DNA from: Mycobacterium leprae TN
Lineage (GTDB): Bacteria > Actinomycetota > Actinomycetes > Mycobacteriales > Mycobacteriaceae
Length of the DNA: 32,000 nt
Direction: 5' to 3'
Assembly: GCF_000195855.1 (NCBI RefSeq)
Contig: NC_002677.1
Coordinates: 30,001 to 62,000 of the forward strand
The position numbers and the translations under genes are program-made. A model generated the notes under the pieces. The model searched no databases, was not told the DNA's origin, and saw nothing but the letters and a program-made list of their open reading frames with translations. Positions 11,120-20,655 of the stretch are shown piece by piece. Position 1 is the stretch's first letter. Each line of letters starts with the position of its first letter.

Positions 11120-13189
11120 TCACCTGCAATGCCAACTAAAGCGGGGCGCACACGATGGAGTGTGTCCCCGCAGTCATATTTGGGGTGATGTGTTAATTAG
11201 CGCTGTGTACGGATTACGGGTTCTGCAGGTGCTCACAGGAATCGAGGTTGTGACGTACGTGGATCCAGGTGAAGCTCTAAGCGGCTGGCGTTGAAATACA
11301 TCGAGGATGTGTTGAATTGTGCCGTCGGCTTTATCGACGACTCTGACGGTGTGAATAGCACTGTGTTGGAGCTGTTGTTCGTTTGCCCGCGACATTGTAA
11401 CTACTTCTGCCGTTTTGCATACCGGGTGGCAGAGAGCCAGCCCAGGTGTTGCTAGCGCAGGTTTGCGCAGTGGTGGGTTATGAAAGAAAGAACGGTTGAT
11501 GTCGCGTCCTTATCAGCCGGTGGAGCGGGGAACCGCCAGCGGTCGGAACCAAACTGCCAGGGTGGCGCTCGAGGCACAGATCGAGCGATTGTGCGGCACT
11601 AAATACCCCCGGAGAGTTATGTCCAGTCACACTGGGCGCTGATGCCCTGCGCGTTGTGGACGGTTTAAGCAGGAGATCTTACGCGCACGTTCTTTGGGCA
11701 GTAGCAGTAAGGGGGGTTGGATGCGGGCTAAACACAGATGCTCGCATGGCCGTCTATCTCGGCCGGTCAGCGTAAGCTTGGATAGTTGCAATTCAATCCG
11801 GGCGTAGAAACCGGCCGGCCCACATGGACCTACTAACGAGCCCAGCGCAGTGACTAGCGTCGATACGTCGGACGGCCGTATAGTTGCTGAGAAAATCTGT
11901 TCCGCAGGTAATAAAGGGCTGACAATCATACCAAATTCTTAAGATAGATATTTATTGAGATCAACCATATGTTAGGGCACACACCTGCACGATAAAGAAT
12001 GTAATTTATCGATAATGTTGTGTAGTTTAGGTGAATAAAAATATTAAAAATTGACATCCTGATTGAACAGTGGAGATTCTTGTCTGATTCGTCAGAGCAG
12101 GGCGTTTTAATTTAATAAAAAATATGGTAAATCTACCGTCGATACTAGTATTCGATATCAGGAACATTACACATTTACGATATGACCATACTCTCGCACA
12201 ATAACCATCATGTAGGTGCTGCAGAAATTTATATATAGCGTGTCATTTTATATCATTAATTTTGGTGAATTGCCAGCTGTATGAAATTACCGAAAATTGC
12301 AAAAGCGGATACGACGTCACATTCGTAAGTAGTATGTTATTGGGGGTCTCAGGAAAGCTAGCTTCGGAAAGACCGCTATGATCGCATGTATCGGTGTAGA
12401 TTTCCAGTAATGCCGGCCTCAGAATCTGGTGGCCATCGATACAGCGCCCCGCTTTAGAACGCCCTAACAGGAGGATCGACGAATTTCCACCGGGCGATTA
12501 CGCTGTTGTTCTCCACGACACCGACGTCCAAGTTTATGTGGACATTCGAGAACATCATTAGAAAGAACAGCATTGGTTTCGATGCATTAGCAAGAAACCG
12601 AGTATCGGATCAGCCGCAGCAATTAGGTTCCTTTTCCTTCGAGGTATACTGGCGTTCTGTTACGGCTGCGCTGCACTCACACCGTCATCGTAGTTGCCTC
12701 CTCCGACAACTTCGAATACGTGCTTGAAGGCGGTGCTTGACTTGCGCGACACTCTGGTATTTGTTTCAGGTCTAAGTTAACATATTGCTATCGGTTATGT
12801 GTAACTATCGACTTGCTGAGCTCTATTAGGTTATCACAACTTGGTGTTCCGAAGTATACTGAACGATAGTTGTAATAAGTATAAAACCGGTTATCGGACA
12901 TACCTCAACTGGCGTTTTGGGTAGTCGGGACTATGGTTGAATTCATGCCTTGCGATTCGTATCTTGCAAATGGCGGGATAAGTGACACACACTACGGGTG
13001 GAAGAATAAAGACCCGACTTCGGCTATTCGAGATAACGGCAGCGCCGGCCGACAGTGACATTCCGGATGCTGGGAGAACGAGTTAGTTTCCAGCATCGGT
13101 GACGATAAACAGCGAAGCAATGGGGGTACCTCCCAGCCGTGAAGCAGCGAGAGGGAAAGCGATGTTCGTAACACAGTTAATGGGTAAGG

Positions 13190-13900
13190 TCTCATTTCCG
13201 GCTCGTTGTGCGGTTCTATGTAGATAACAGCCACGTTTCTTAGGTGTATTCAGTATCTGTACCGCTCGAAGTTTTCATCGATAACATAAGCAAGTTGCGT
13301 GATGTTGAACTCAAACGCTGCCCGATCAGCGAACTCGACCCCGGTATCGGACACGAACTGCACAAGACCCACGGCGTGCGGCCGGATATCACCATTACGT
13401 TCGATGAACTAGGCGTCGATGACGGTGCCACGCTCCCACTGGTTCCTGCGGTGAAAAGCGAGTCGTTCAATTTGCAGTACGAGTGCAGTACGACTCGTTG
13501 TCCACCGGATTAACCTGTATCAGCAATGCAGGTTGTTCGAACCGATCGCTGTTCAAACGGACTCGCACACGGCACTTGTCTTCCTTGCGAGGTTTCGGTG
13601 GTGCTGCTGGTAGTGTCCGTGCGCCAACGCACCGCCACTGACTCTTGCTCTTTAGTGCCTAGCACCGTGACCGGTGCCGCTGGTCTGTTAGTGGCCGGGG
13701 GTACGGGGCACGGTGTGGCGTTGGTTGCCGCATCGTGCCGACATGATCGACGCACTTGGTTGACTTGCGGTGCCATTGCTTTCAGCAAGCCCGGACTGTA
13801 CGTGCCCCGGAAAACTAGTATCCGCGCACTTAAATTATCTTGGCATTGACTGGCGCAGCCCTGACGTATGGAACCGCCACGGCAATGCGGCGCCATCTGA
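13190..13900 (+). pseudogene. eccD2: eccD2-like (ESX-2 membrane channel component) pseudogene, 5' half only
   Basis: VRFYVDNSHVS(stop)VYSVSVPLEVFIDNISKL...ITITFDELGVDDGATLPLVP parallels the EccD N-terminal ubiquitin-like domain of the intact EccD1 in this window (RVTILTGKRMTDLVLPSTVSIEAYIDETVAVL...KLDQSLDDAGVVDGSLLTLVS). It is followed by hydrophobic frames (VSVVLLVVSV, GAAGLLVAGG). Only ~0.7 kb remains before the mycP2 remnant starts, so most of the transmembrane domain is deleted. Confidence 0.55.
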
Positions 13901-15333
13901 TGGTAGCGGCGATAATCGTGACATGTGTGTCTCGCTGAGTTTGTGACCGCTGCCTGTATGTGATCACCGAGGCTGAGTCGGCCAACATAACTGTTTGTAG
14001 TAGGGCCACTGGGGGAGCGTGGCTAAGGCCGCTTAACATTGCTGTGGCAGAGTATCGCCTGCACCTGAACGATTAAGTTGTCGATTCTAATGTGGCGCTC
14101 CCCACGCCTGGGTTCAGGATGCTAAACATCAACACGGCTTGAAAATATTAGACCGATAACAGGGTGCTGGCAGCCGTGATCGATGCCGGCATCAATCTGA
14201 GTCAGTGGTTCCCCATGGTGACCGGAGGCGACTGCATCATGAGGTGGTGGCGGGTTAGCGAACTGTGATGCACACGGCACATCGTGGCGTACGTAATCGG
14301 TGTGACTCCGTAAGGCACTCTGATGCCCGCCACGTCACTTTGTCGCCCAGTACTCCCGCCTTTCCTCCACCAAACGGACCAACATCGACTCAGGGCCATC
14401 ACCGCCGTACATTCCGGTGACGGTCTACCCAAGCCGTACGGCTCCGCCTCCAGATGCACTGTCCAACGGGCTAGGGGACCCCCTCACTGAGCCGACCGAT
14501 TATCCCGAGGTGACCGCTCCCGTAGACGGGTTCGCCCGACGGAATTGTTGGCGTCGCATCACATGTGGTGATCATGCCCATTCGGCAGTCCTCGCGCGCA
14601 TACGAACTGGTCAACTGCGGGCCCTCGGCGTTGCCGTCGTGTACGCCGCCGTTAAGGATGCGGTGATCGTTTCAGAGTCAGGAAATGACAGCAAAGATGG
14701 TTGTGCCAAAGCTCTTCGTTCGACCCGTTAAGCATGTTCGATCTTCGTAACTTGCATAAAGTTAAAATCGTGTCACCAGTTGTACTGGTTCTTTGATTAC
14801 GTGCTATCGCTGGCCGGCGTGGAACAACACGGGCGCATCGACGAGCACTAAACCTGACCGGGCCTTGGGTAGCGGCAGCGGAACCCGGAGTCGGGATTAT
14901 AGGATTGTCGCCCGAAATAGGGAGAGGGGTCAGTAAATTCCTACCTAATTTATTCACCTGGGCTGGGTGAACGTGCCGATCTGGGGCACCAGCTTTTCAG
15001 CGGTTTACGGCAATGGAGTCGCAGTGTTAGTGTGGGCTAAGTATATCCGAGGTTGGATGCTCGCCAGGTGATCAATCGAGTTTTGCAGACGGCACACAAT
15101 CCGCCACGCTGGGTAGCCACTCAAGTCGGTCTATGGTGCCGTACAATGGTCGGCCGAGATAACTTTTATGTTTCTGTGGGAGAAAATTTCATTCGTGGCT
15201 TCGGTTCGCGTACTCCAGTCAGCTGCGCCGTAGCTAACTTTCGACTGCTGCGCCCGCAATATTCTCTAGATATTCGGTAGTCTGATTGGGGCAGCCGTCG
15301 TAGTGGCTTCGCTAATTGCTCGGGTTCGGCGAG
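13900..15333 (+). pseudogene. mycP2: mycP2-like mycosin (subtilisin-family serine protease) pseudogene
   Basis: All three catalytic motifs are recognisable but lie in different frames. VLAAVIDAGI carries the Asp codon at 14182-14184. NCDAHGT carries the His codon at 14273-14275. GTSFSAVYGNGVAVLV carries the Ser codon at 14991-14993. Also present are LGVAVVYAAVKDAVIVSESGN (compare LGAAINYAVNVKGVVIIVAAGN in MycP1) and DARQVINRVLQTAHNP (compare TPAQIINRIIATARHP). There are several stops and frameshifts. Confidence 0.8.
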
Positions 15334-15349
15334 AGCAAGGATGGGCGCG

Positions 15350-16870
15350 ATCAAAACCAGAGTTCTATTCTGCTAGAATAGATGGTAAATAGATACCTTG
15401 GTGCCGCAATAATTTTGGTAATTGGAATTGTCATCGGTATCTTGTGAGGGTGGTGTCAGTCATTATGGTCAGGAATATTTTTGTGGCGCCTGCAATAACC
15501 GAAAATTAAGTGGAAAGAACCATGTATAATGGTCAATTATCACGCTGTTGGTGAATTTTAATATAAGGACGGAATGGTGGTGGAAGAAGTGCAACTAATT
15601 GGGAATTCTTATAAATCCATTCTGTTTAACAGGATAGTTTGAAACTATATCGAAAATTACTATAAAGTAAGAATTTGACTTCACTTTTTGCGTAAAATTT
15701 TTGTTCTGATGGTAGATTAGAAAATATGATTTAAGTGTAGGGTGCCGACTACGGCAGCATCGGCGACTACCCATAGGGTATGCGACATGCTGACTGGAAT
15801 ACTAGATTTATACCAGGCAGCGGGGACGCCTAGTTAAATTGTGCCAATTTCAACCCTCTACAATGTTGAGGCCTTCAAGCTTGCTTACCTTGGTTAGGGC
15901 ATAGCCGCTGTGCAGCTGCACAGCGGCTATGCCCTAACCAAGGTATTAGTGCGAAAGTTGTTGCCTACAACGACATTTTCGAAATTTTAGACGATAGTTA
16001 GGCCAATCAACGGTAGAGGTGCTGAATCGAAGGCTAACATTCGGTGCACGGTGATTGCGGCTGGTTGAACACCTAAATTGGTACTCCCCCTACGGACGTC
16101 ACCGCGGAAAAACTAGCTCAATCTTGGTCGATGCGTACCGGCGGGATCATCTAAAACACCATGCTTTTCGGCATTGACCCGGCTACTGGCATCACCACCA
16201 TGGCAGCCTGAACCGCACAACTGCCGACTACCCCTCTGGACATGATGTTATGTACGTTGCCGAGGTGAACAGGCACAGGCCTGTCACGGTTAATCTGTGT
16301 GATCCTATGCTGTCTCTGTACAGCATCCGTCGTGGACTGCTGCCAGGACATCCGTTATCCTACTTCGGACGTCGGGCGTACTGCTGGGCAAGGTCGGTGG
16401 TGGAAATCGTATTATGTTGCCGCTGGACGACGCGGAGGACTGCAATGGTGTGTACATCGCCTCCGGGTACTCGTTGGCCACGCGGTTTGTGATCCGAATA
16501 TCCTGAGAAAGGGAGTGAATTGCAGTTCACACACGAAAAACACACTGGTGGAATAGTATTCGAATGTTCGACATAGTTTTTAGCGATCATCTGAAGCTAG
16601 TCTAGGGCACTAGCGGTCAGTTTTGTGAACAGAATTCTTACGCTTACACTGCCTCCGGACACAGTTATTTTAGTGGGAAATTAGGCGAATCGTACAGGGC
16701 GAGCGTCGATGTACTGATCACACAGACAGGTCTGGCTACGGTGGAAGTACCTGTTACTGGTCCGGTGTATATGTATATGGTCGGGGGCGAGTTATTACGA
16801 GCCGAGATCCGCTACGTAACTGCTGAGCAGGGAATTTTGCAAAGCGTTGAGCTCTAGCCGGTAGATGGAT
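15350..16870 (+). pseudogene. eccE2: Probable eccE2 remnant (assignment tentative)
   Basis: The interval between the mycP2 and eccA2 remnants (~1.5 kb) is about the size of eccE2. At 16412-16500 IMLPLDDAEDCNGVYIASGYSLATRFVIRI resembles EccE1 VYMPFDDVDVSVSLGDVQTFTQFVVRA at the proportionate position. A transmembrane-like YLGAAIILVIGIVIGIL at 15394-15444, followed by a TGA stop at 15445-15447, sits where EccE TM1 would be. The rest is unrecognisable, and the 5' third is extremely AT-rich. Confidence 0.4.
15886..15945. repeat. Perfect 60-bp palindrome (30-bp arms, no spacer)
   Basis: TACCTTGGTTAGGGCATAGCCGCTGTGCAG|CTGCACAGCGGCTATGCCCTAACCAAGGTA. I checked it base by base. The symmetry centre lies between 15915 and 15916 (central CAGCTG). 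The symmetry stops at T15885/T15946. Confidence 0.97.
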
Positions 16871-16874
16871 CCCA

Positions 16875-18700
16875 ATGACCAACAAGGCCAGTAGCACCAC
16901 CGCGGTGGCAGCACACAAGCAGTTACATCAAGCGATGGCGTATTCGATAGCAGTAGTGCAGTTCCGCGTGCATTTACAGGAGGCTACAAAGATCGATCCA
17001 TCGGATCTGCATGCTAGCCTGGACTGCTGCAAGTAACTATGCATTGTTGCTGTTATGGTACCTCTACACGTGCGGTTAAACAGCTCGGCGTGCTCCTTGT
17101 AGGCGTCGATCAAAGCCAGGACCCATATCTGTTTTCGATGACCGAAAAATAGCATACGGGATTAGTGTTTTCCAGTACATTAATTGATGATCGTCAATCC
17201 GACAAAACCGAAGCGTTGCTGGAGTTATGGATGCTTGGGAGAATCACCAATGATAGAAACACTCGAGGTCTATTTAATGTCTGCCACCCAACACTGGCCA
17301 GACGTCATCTCGGTTACAGCGGTGATCTTTCCATCGCAATTGATAATTATGTTGAGTGGTCCGATTAACGCAGCAACGAACCCCTGACTGTCCATGCCGT
17401 TGCTCTTCTGGGGCAGGTGTATGTTATCCTCGACTGCGTTAAGTTACGCGCAGTACATATCGATCCGATCAAATTGTATGACCAACATTACATACCGCCA
17501 TCATAGCAATCGATTAAGTCGAATTTCCTTTGGTCGAAGTTGATCTGAGCTGAGTGCTCGGTATGGAACATCACCAGCTAGACGACCTAGACGACTAAGA
17601 TTCGGCCTAGATTTGGTTGTCGAAGTGGTGTGTTGGTATGGGGTCCTGCCAAGCAGGCGTTGGTCGACCCAGCGCTACAGTTCGTGGTCACCAACGAAGA
17701 CGACATCAAAACCCGCACCAACGAGTGGGACATGGTCACCTAGTGATCCGTGTAACAGCGGAGCCAGGAATAGTACGAAGAGCGGTGCAGCGAACTCCTG
17801 GAGGAAGGCCGGGTGTTGCTTGACAATCAAGTCGGGTTGGCCGAAGGCAGACGTACGGTGTCCAAGCTGGAGGATCAGATCCAGGTCTGGGCGCTGCGGC
17901 TAGCAGCCGAGCTTCCGGTAGCCAATCAGACTAACCATATGCTGCCGATAGGACCGCCTTGTAGCAGCAAGACCGCCACCACCGAGGCGCTGAGAAAGAT
18001 ATACGCTGGTCTGGGCATCGTGAGTCGTTCCAAGATTATCGAAGTCAAATAGGCTGACCTTTGTGGCTAAATACATCGGTGCCTCGGGCACTAAGTTAAA
18101 CGAACTAATCGACCGCTTACCGGGCCACGTTCTGTTCATGGATGAGTTTCTCTTCGTTGGTGAAAAGTAACCAGACTATCGTCCAAAAATGATTGGCATG
18201 GAAATCCCTAAACTAATTTTTAGCGGCTCTCGAGGTGCACCTATTAAACTTTTTCTGAATTGCCGCGGATTACTAGAGGAAGTCGATGAATTTCTCATCG
18301 GGAAAACCTCTCTGGTGGGTAAGTTTAACCGTAATTGATTGCGGTTCGTAATCATACACACTCTATGACCTGGTTGAAGTCATTATATGCTACAGGAAGC
18401 CGCGTGTAACGATATTCGAGCTGGTCTCCGGTGAAGCTTTGAACACGGCGTGTGCGACATTGCGTGCCTACCGTACGCCTGGCTGACATGCACGTAAAGA
18501 CGTCATGCAGGACTAGAGATTTGCGCGCAATGTGGTGGAGCGCTTCGCGCGGCTGCTACATTCGCGGGCCGCCGCTCAGCACCGCAGCGAGAAGTTCCAG
18601 GTGACAGCAGAAGAACGACAAGCGCTGCGCACCCAGGATTTAACGCTACGGCCATTGATACGTGCCCGGAAAAGTATGTGCCGGTAGTGATTTGAATGTG
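16875..18700 (+). pseudogene. eccA2: eccA2-like (CbxX/CfxQ-type AAA+ ATPase of ESX-2) pseudogene
   Basis: The ATG at 16875 opens MTNKASS...FRVHLQEATKIDPSDLHASLDCCK then a stop (EccA N-terminal TPR-like ...F..AT..DP.M.DAW.G). TQHWPDVISV is at ~17290 (EccA1 ERWTDVIDQV). A decayed Walker A reads NHMLPIGPPCSSKTATTEAL (compare KHMIFTGPPGTGKTTIA) at ~17930-17990. Walker B reads GHVLFMDEF (compare GGVLFIDEAY) at ~18125. EVDEFLIGK...KFNRN... corresponds to the ..FL..NPGL.SRF motif, and FARNVVERFARLL corresponds to NAR.VRNVVERA at ~18525. There are many stops. The 3' end is approximate. Confidence 0.8.
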
Positions 18701-18719
18701 ATCCGGTGTAGCGTTGCAG

Positions 18720-19137
18720 AATTACAATATCCGCCAAGGTGGTCCGTGCCGACGAGAACGATCTGGCCGCTCAACATTTCTGCCACTCGATCGCATTGGC
18801 CTACAAGGAATTGGCCTGGATCACCCACCGCAGCCTTCGACATCTGCGCATTACTTTTATGGCATTATTGACTAGCTGTCAACTGATACCTGCGTATAGC
18901 AGGCGAAAAATTCAGTTCCTGGGATAGCACTGTGCGAAATTTTCACCCATCCATCCTCGTTGGTTGAGCCACCGATCTGGGGCGTCATGGCGTCTGCAAT
19001 CCGCATGCCACAAAGCAGTACTCACACTTTTTCAAAGCTAGTAGCAGCTCATTGACGGTCACCAGCTTTGCCTCGCTTTCAACGAGGCCCGTTACGTCAC
19101 CGGCACTACCCAGCTGGTTGCCGCCGGTGCACGTTGA
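18720..19137 (+). pseudogene. Possible 3' fragment of a short-chain dehydrogenase/reductase gene (tentative)
   Basis: The frame ending at TGA 19135-19137 reads LAFNEARYVTGTTQLVAAGAR(stop), which is like the SDR C-terminus FLASDEASY.TGQ.L.VDGG. Upstream, ALAYKELAWITHRSLRHL is weakly like Y.ASK.AL..LTRSLA.E. Only the distal ~140 codons could be present. This is a weak call. Confidence 0.3.
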
Positions 19138-19199
19138 CGCATGCTAAGCCCCCCAGTGCGAACCTGTCCCGGTTGACCGGAAAATGACTAGGGTTAGTG

Positions 19200-20320
19200 G
19201 GTAAGCGACAGCGACCCAGTGGAACCGGGTGTCATTTTAATAGTGCTAATAGGGGAAGAAAGTGAGTTTGATAGTGATCCGGTTAGCCTATGGAGGCGTT
19301 TGACTAGGCGCTGGTAGCGGTGGGAGTGGGAATCGCGAGTTTGGCGGCTGCGGCCTCGCTGAGTGCACCTTTAGATACGGGTTGCCCTTGCTGGTCTTGC
19401 CGGCACTGCTAACCGGCCCGAACGAAATGGTACGAGGGCATGGCTTGGCTTATGAGACTAGGTGTTCGTGGGTGGTTAAGCGACTCATGTCGGTTTCGAC
19501 CTCAGTCAGGATGTTCTGCTGGTTGCTGACGCTGATACTCGAAACTCTCAGTGAGAGCACTCAACGGTGTTGATAACACATTCGGCAACGATGGCGGGAT
19601 CGACCAGAATCGGATTGGTGCCGCCGGTGTTGGGATCGGGAGCGATGTCGGTACCAGGATTGGTGCCGGGCGCGTCGGCGCCGGTGCGGTCGATCAGGAC
19701 TTCGATCATGTCCTGCGTTGACAGCGTGATCAGGGGTAAGGCCACCAACCAGATTTGATCAGCACGTTCTAGACTAACTTTTCTAGCCCGCCGCCAATAG
19801 CGGGTGTGGTTGCGGGTCAGATCCACCCACAGCCGAGTGTAGTCGCGCAGCGGTGGATAGAACTTGGCCGATGGCACGAAAGTTGATCACAGCAAGCCCT
19901 TCTCGGTGAGATTGGCCAACCACACCGCATCTAGCTTGTCGGTCTTGCTCTGGGCAAGCACATTCTCCACATTCCGGGTGGTGACCAGCTGCACCTACAG
20001 TCACGCTACCTTCAGCAGGTAGTACCAGATCCACCAGTAGTCCGTGGTGGACTCTACGGTCACTTTTTCGATACCGGCCTCGATTAGCTGCTAGGCCAGC
20101 TCCGCCTATGGTCTTGGTGCATGTTGGGCACGTCTCACACCCGGCTGAACCATCGTTCCCATTTGGTCGATCACTAAAACTCATGTTCGGCGTCAGGAAT
20201 CTCCCCCGGCCCCGACACCACCGCAAACTTCCGCTTGTACCCGCGTTGTGCTGCTATTTGGCTTGTCGTCCAATTGAATCCATACCACTGCGTCAGTGGT
20301 AGATCGTCCGAAGTCCTCAT
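19200..20320 (-). mobile_element. IS110-family (DEDD) transposase pseudogene, an extinct insertion sequence
   Basis: Minus-strand frames read LIEAGIEKVTVESTTDYWWIWYYLLKVA(stop), VQLVTTRNVENVLAQSKTDKLDAVWLANLTEKGLL(stop), FVPSAKFYPPLRDYTRLWVDLTRNHTRYWRR and LERADQIWLVALPLITLSTQDMIEVLI. The C-terminal domain reads DMSRLTTHEHLVS(stop)AKPCPRTISFGPVSSAGKTSKGNPYLKGALSEAAAA and RYQRLVKRL. These fit the IS110-family pattern (E.TG.YW; KTDK.DA.WLA.L; DMSRF.....L.SWAG.CP....SAGK......KGN.YLK..L.EAA.AA; RY.RL..R.G). There are multiple stops and frameshifts. I saw no terminal inverted repeats, as expected for IS110. Confidence 0.7.
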
Positions 20321-20655
20321 TCAAGAGAAGCAAATTCTGACTGTCATGCTCTAAGCAGCAATACGTGACCCTTCCAGGTCAGATCCCGGCGTCAAGTTTG
20401 GCTACAGACTCACTGGACCATAACCAGGTCGGTGGCGAGCAACTCGACCTCATCTTCACACCGACGAGGCGTCCCACAAGAACAACAAAACTTGGCTAAG
20501 ACCACCGCGGATTACTTAATTGTTTAAGTCTAAAATGCACACCAGTGCGTCACGCAGGCCCAATGTCCGAGCAGATCGTTCTCGAGCAACCACGCGTGAC
20601 GAGCCACCACACCAGTGCAGCAGCTTAAAAACATGAATGGAATGGAGTAGTCTGG

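Noticed and set aside
15574-15642. 22-codon ORF (MVVEEVQLIGNSYKSILFNRIV) with AAGGA 5 nt upstream, in the AT-rich island
   Set aside because: Short ORFs with purine-rich upstream hexamers arise easily by chance in AT-rich sequence, and no conservation or expression evidence is available from the sequence alone.
11930-15885. Idea that the two AT-rich islands are copies of one mobile element, based on shared 9-10-mers (atggtaaat, tggtgaatt, accgaaaatt)
   Set aside because: The shared words are few, are not colinear, and are of a length expected by chance between two ~0.4-0.5 kb AT-rich tracts. It needs a real alignment.
20525-20540. TAAAAT hexamer upstream of mycP1 as a candidate -10 promoter element
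   Set aside because: TANNNT hexamers are frequent. Without a TSS or a -35/extended -10 context this is not supportable.
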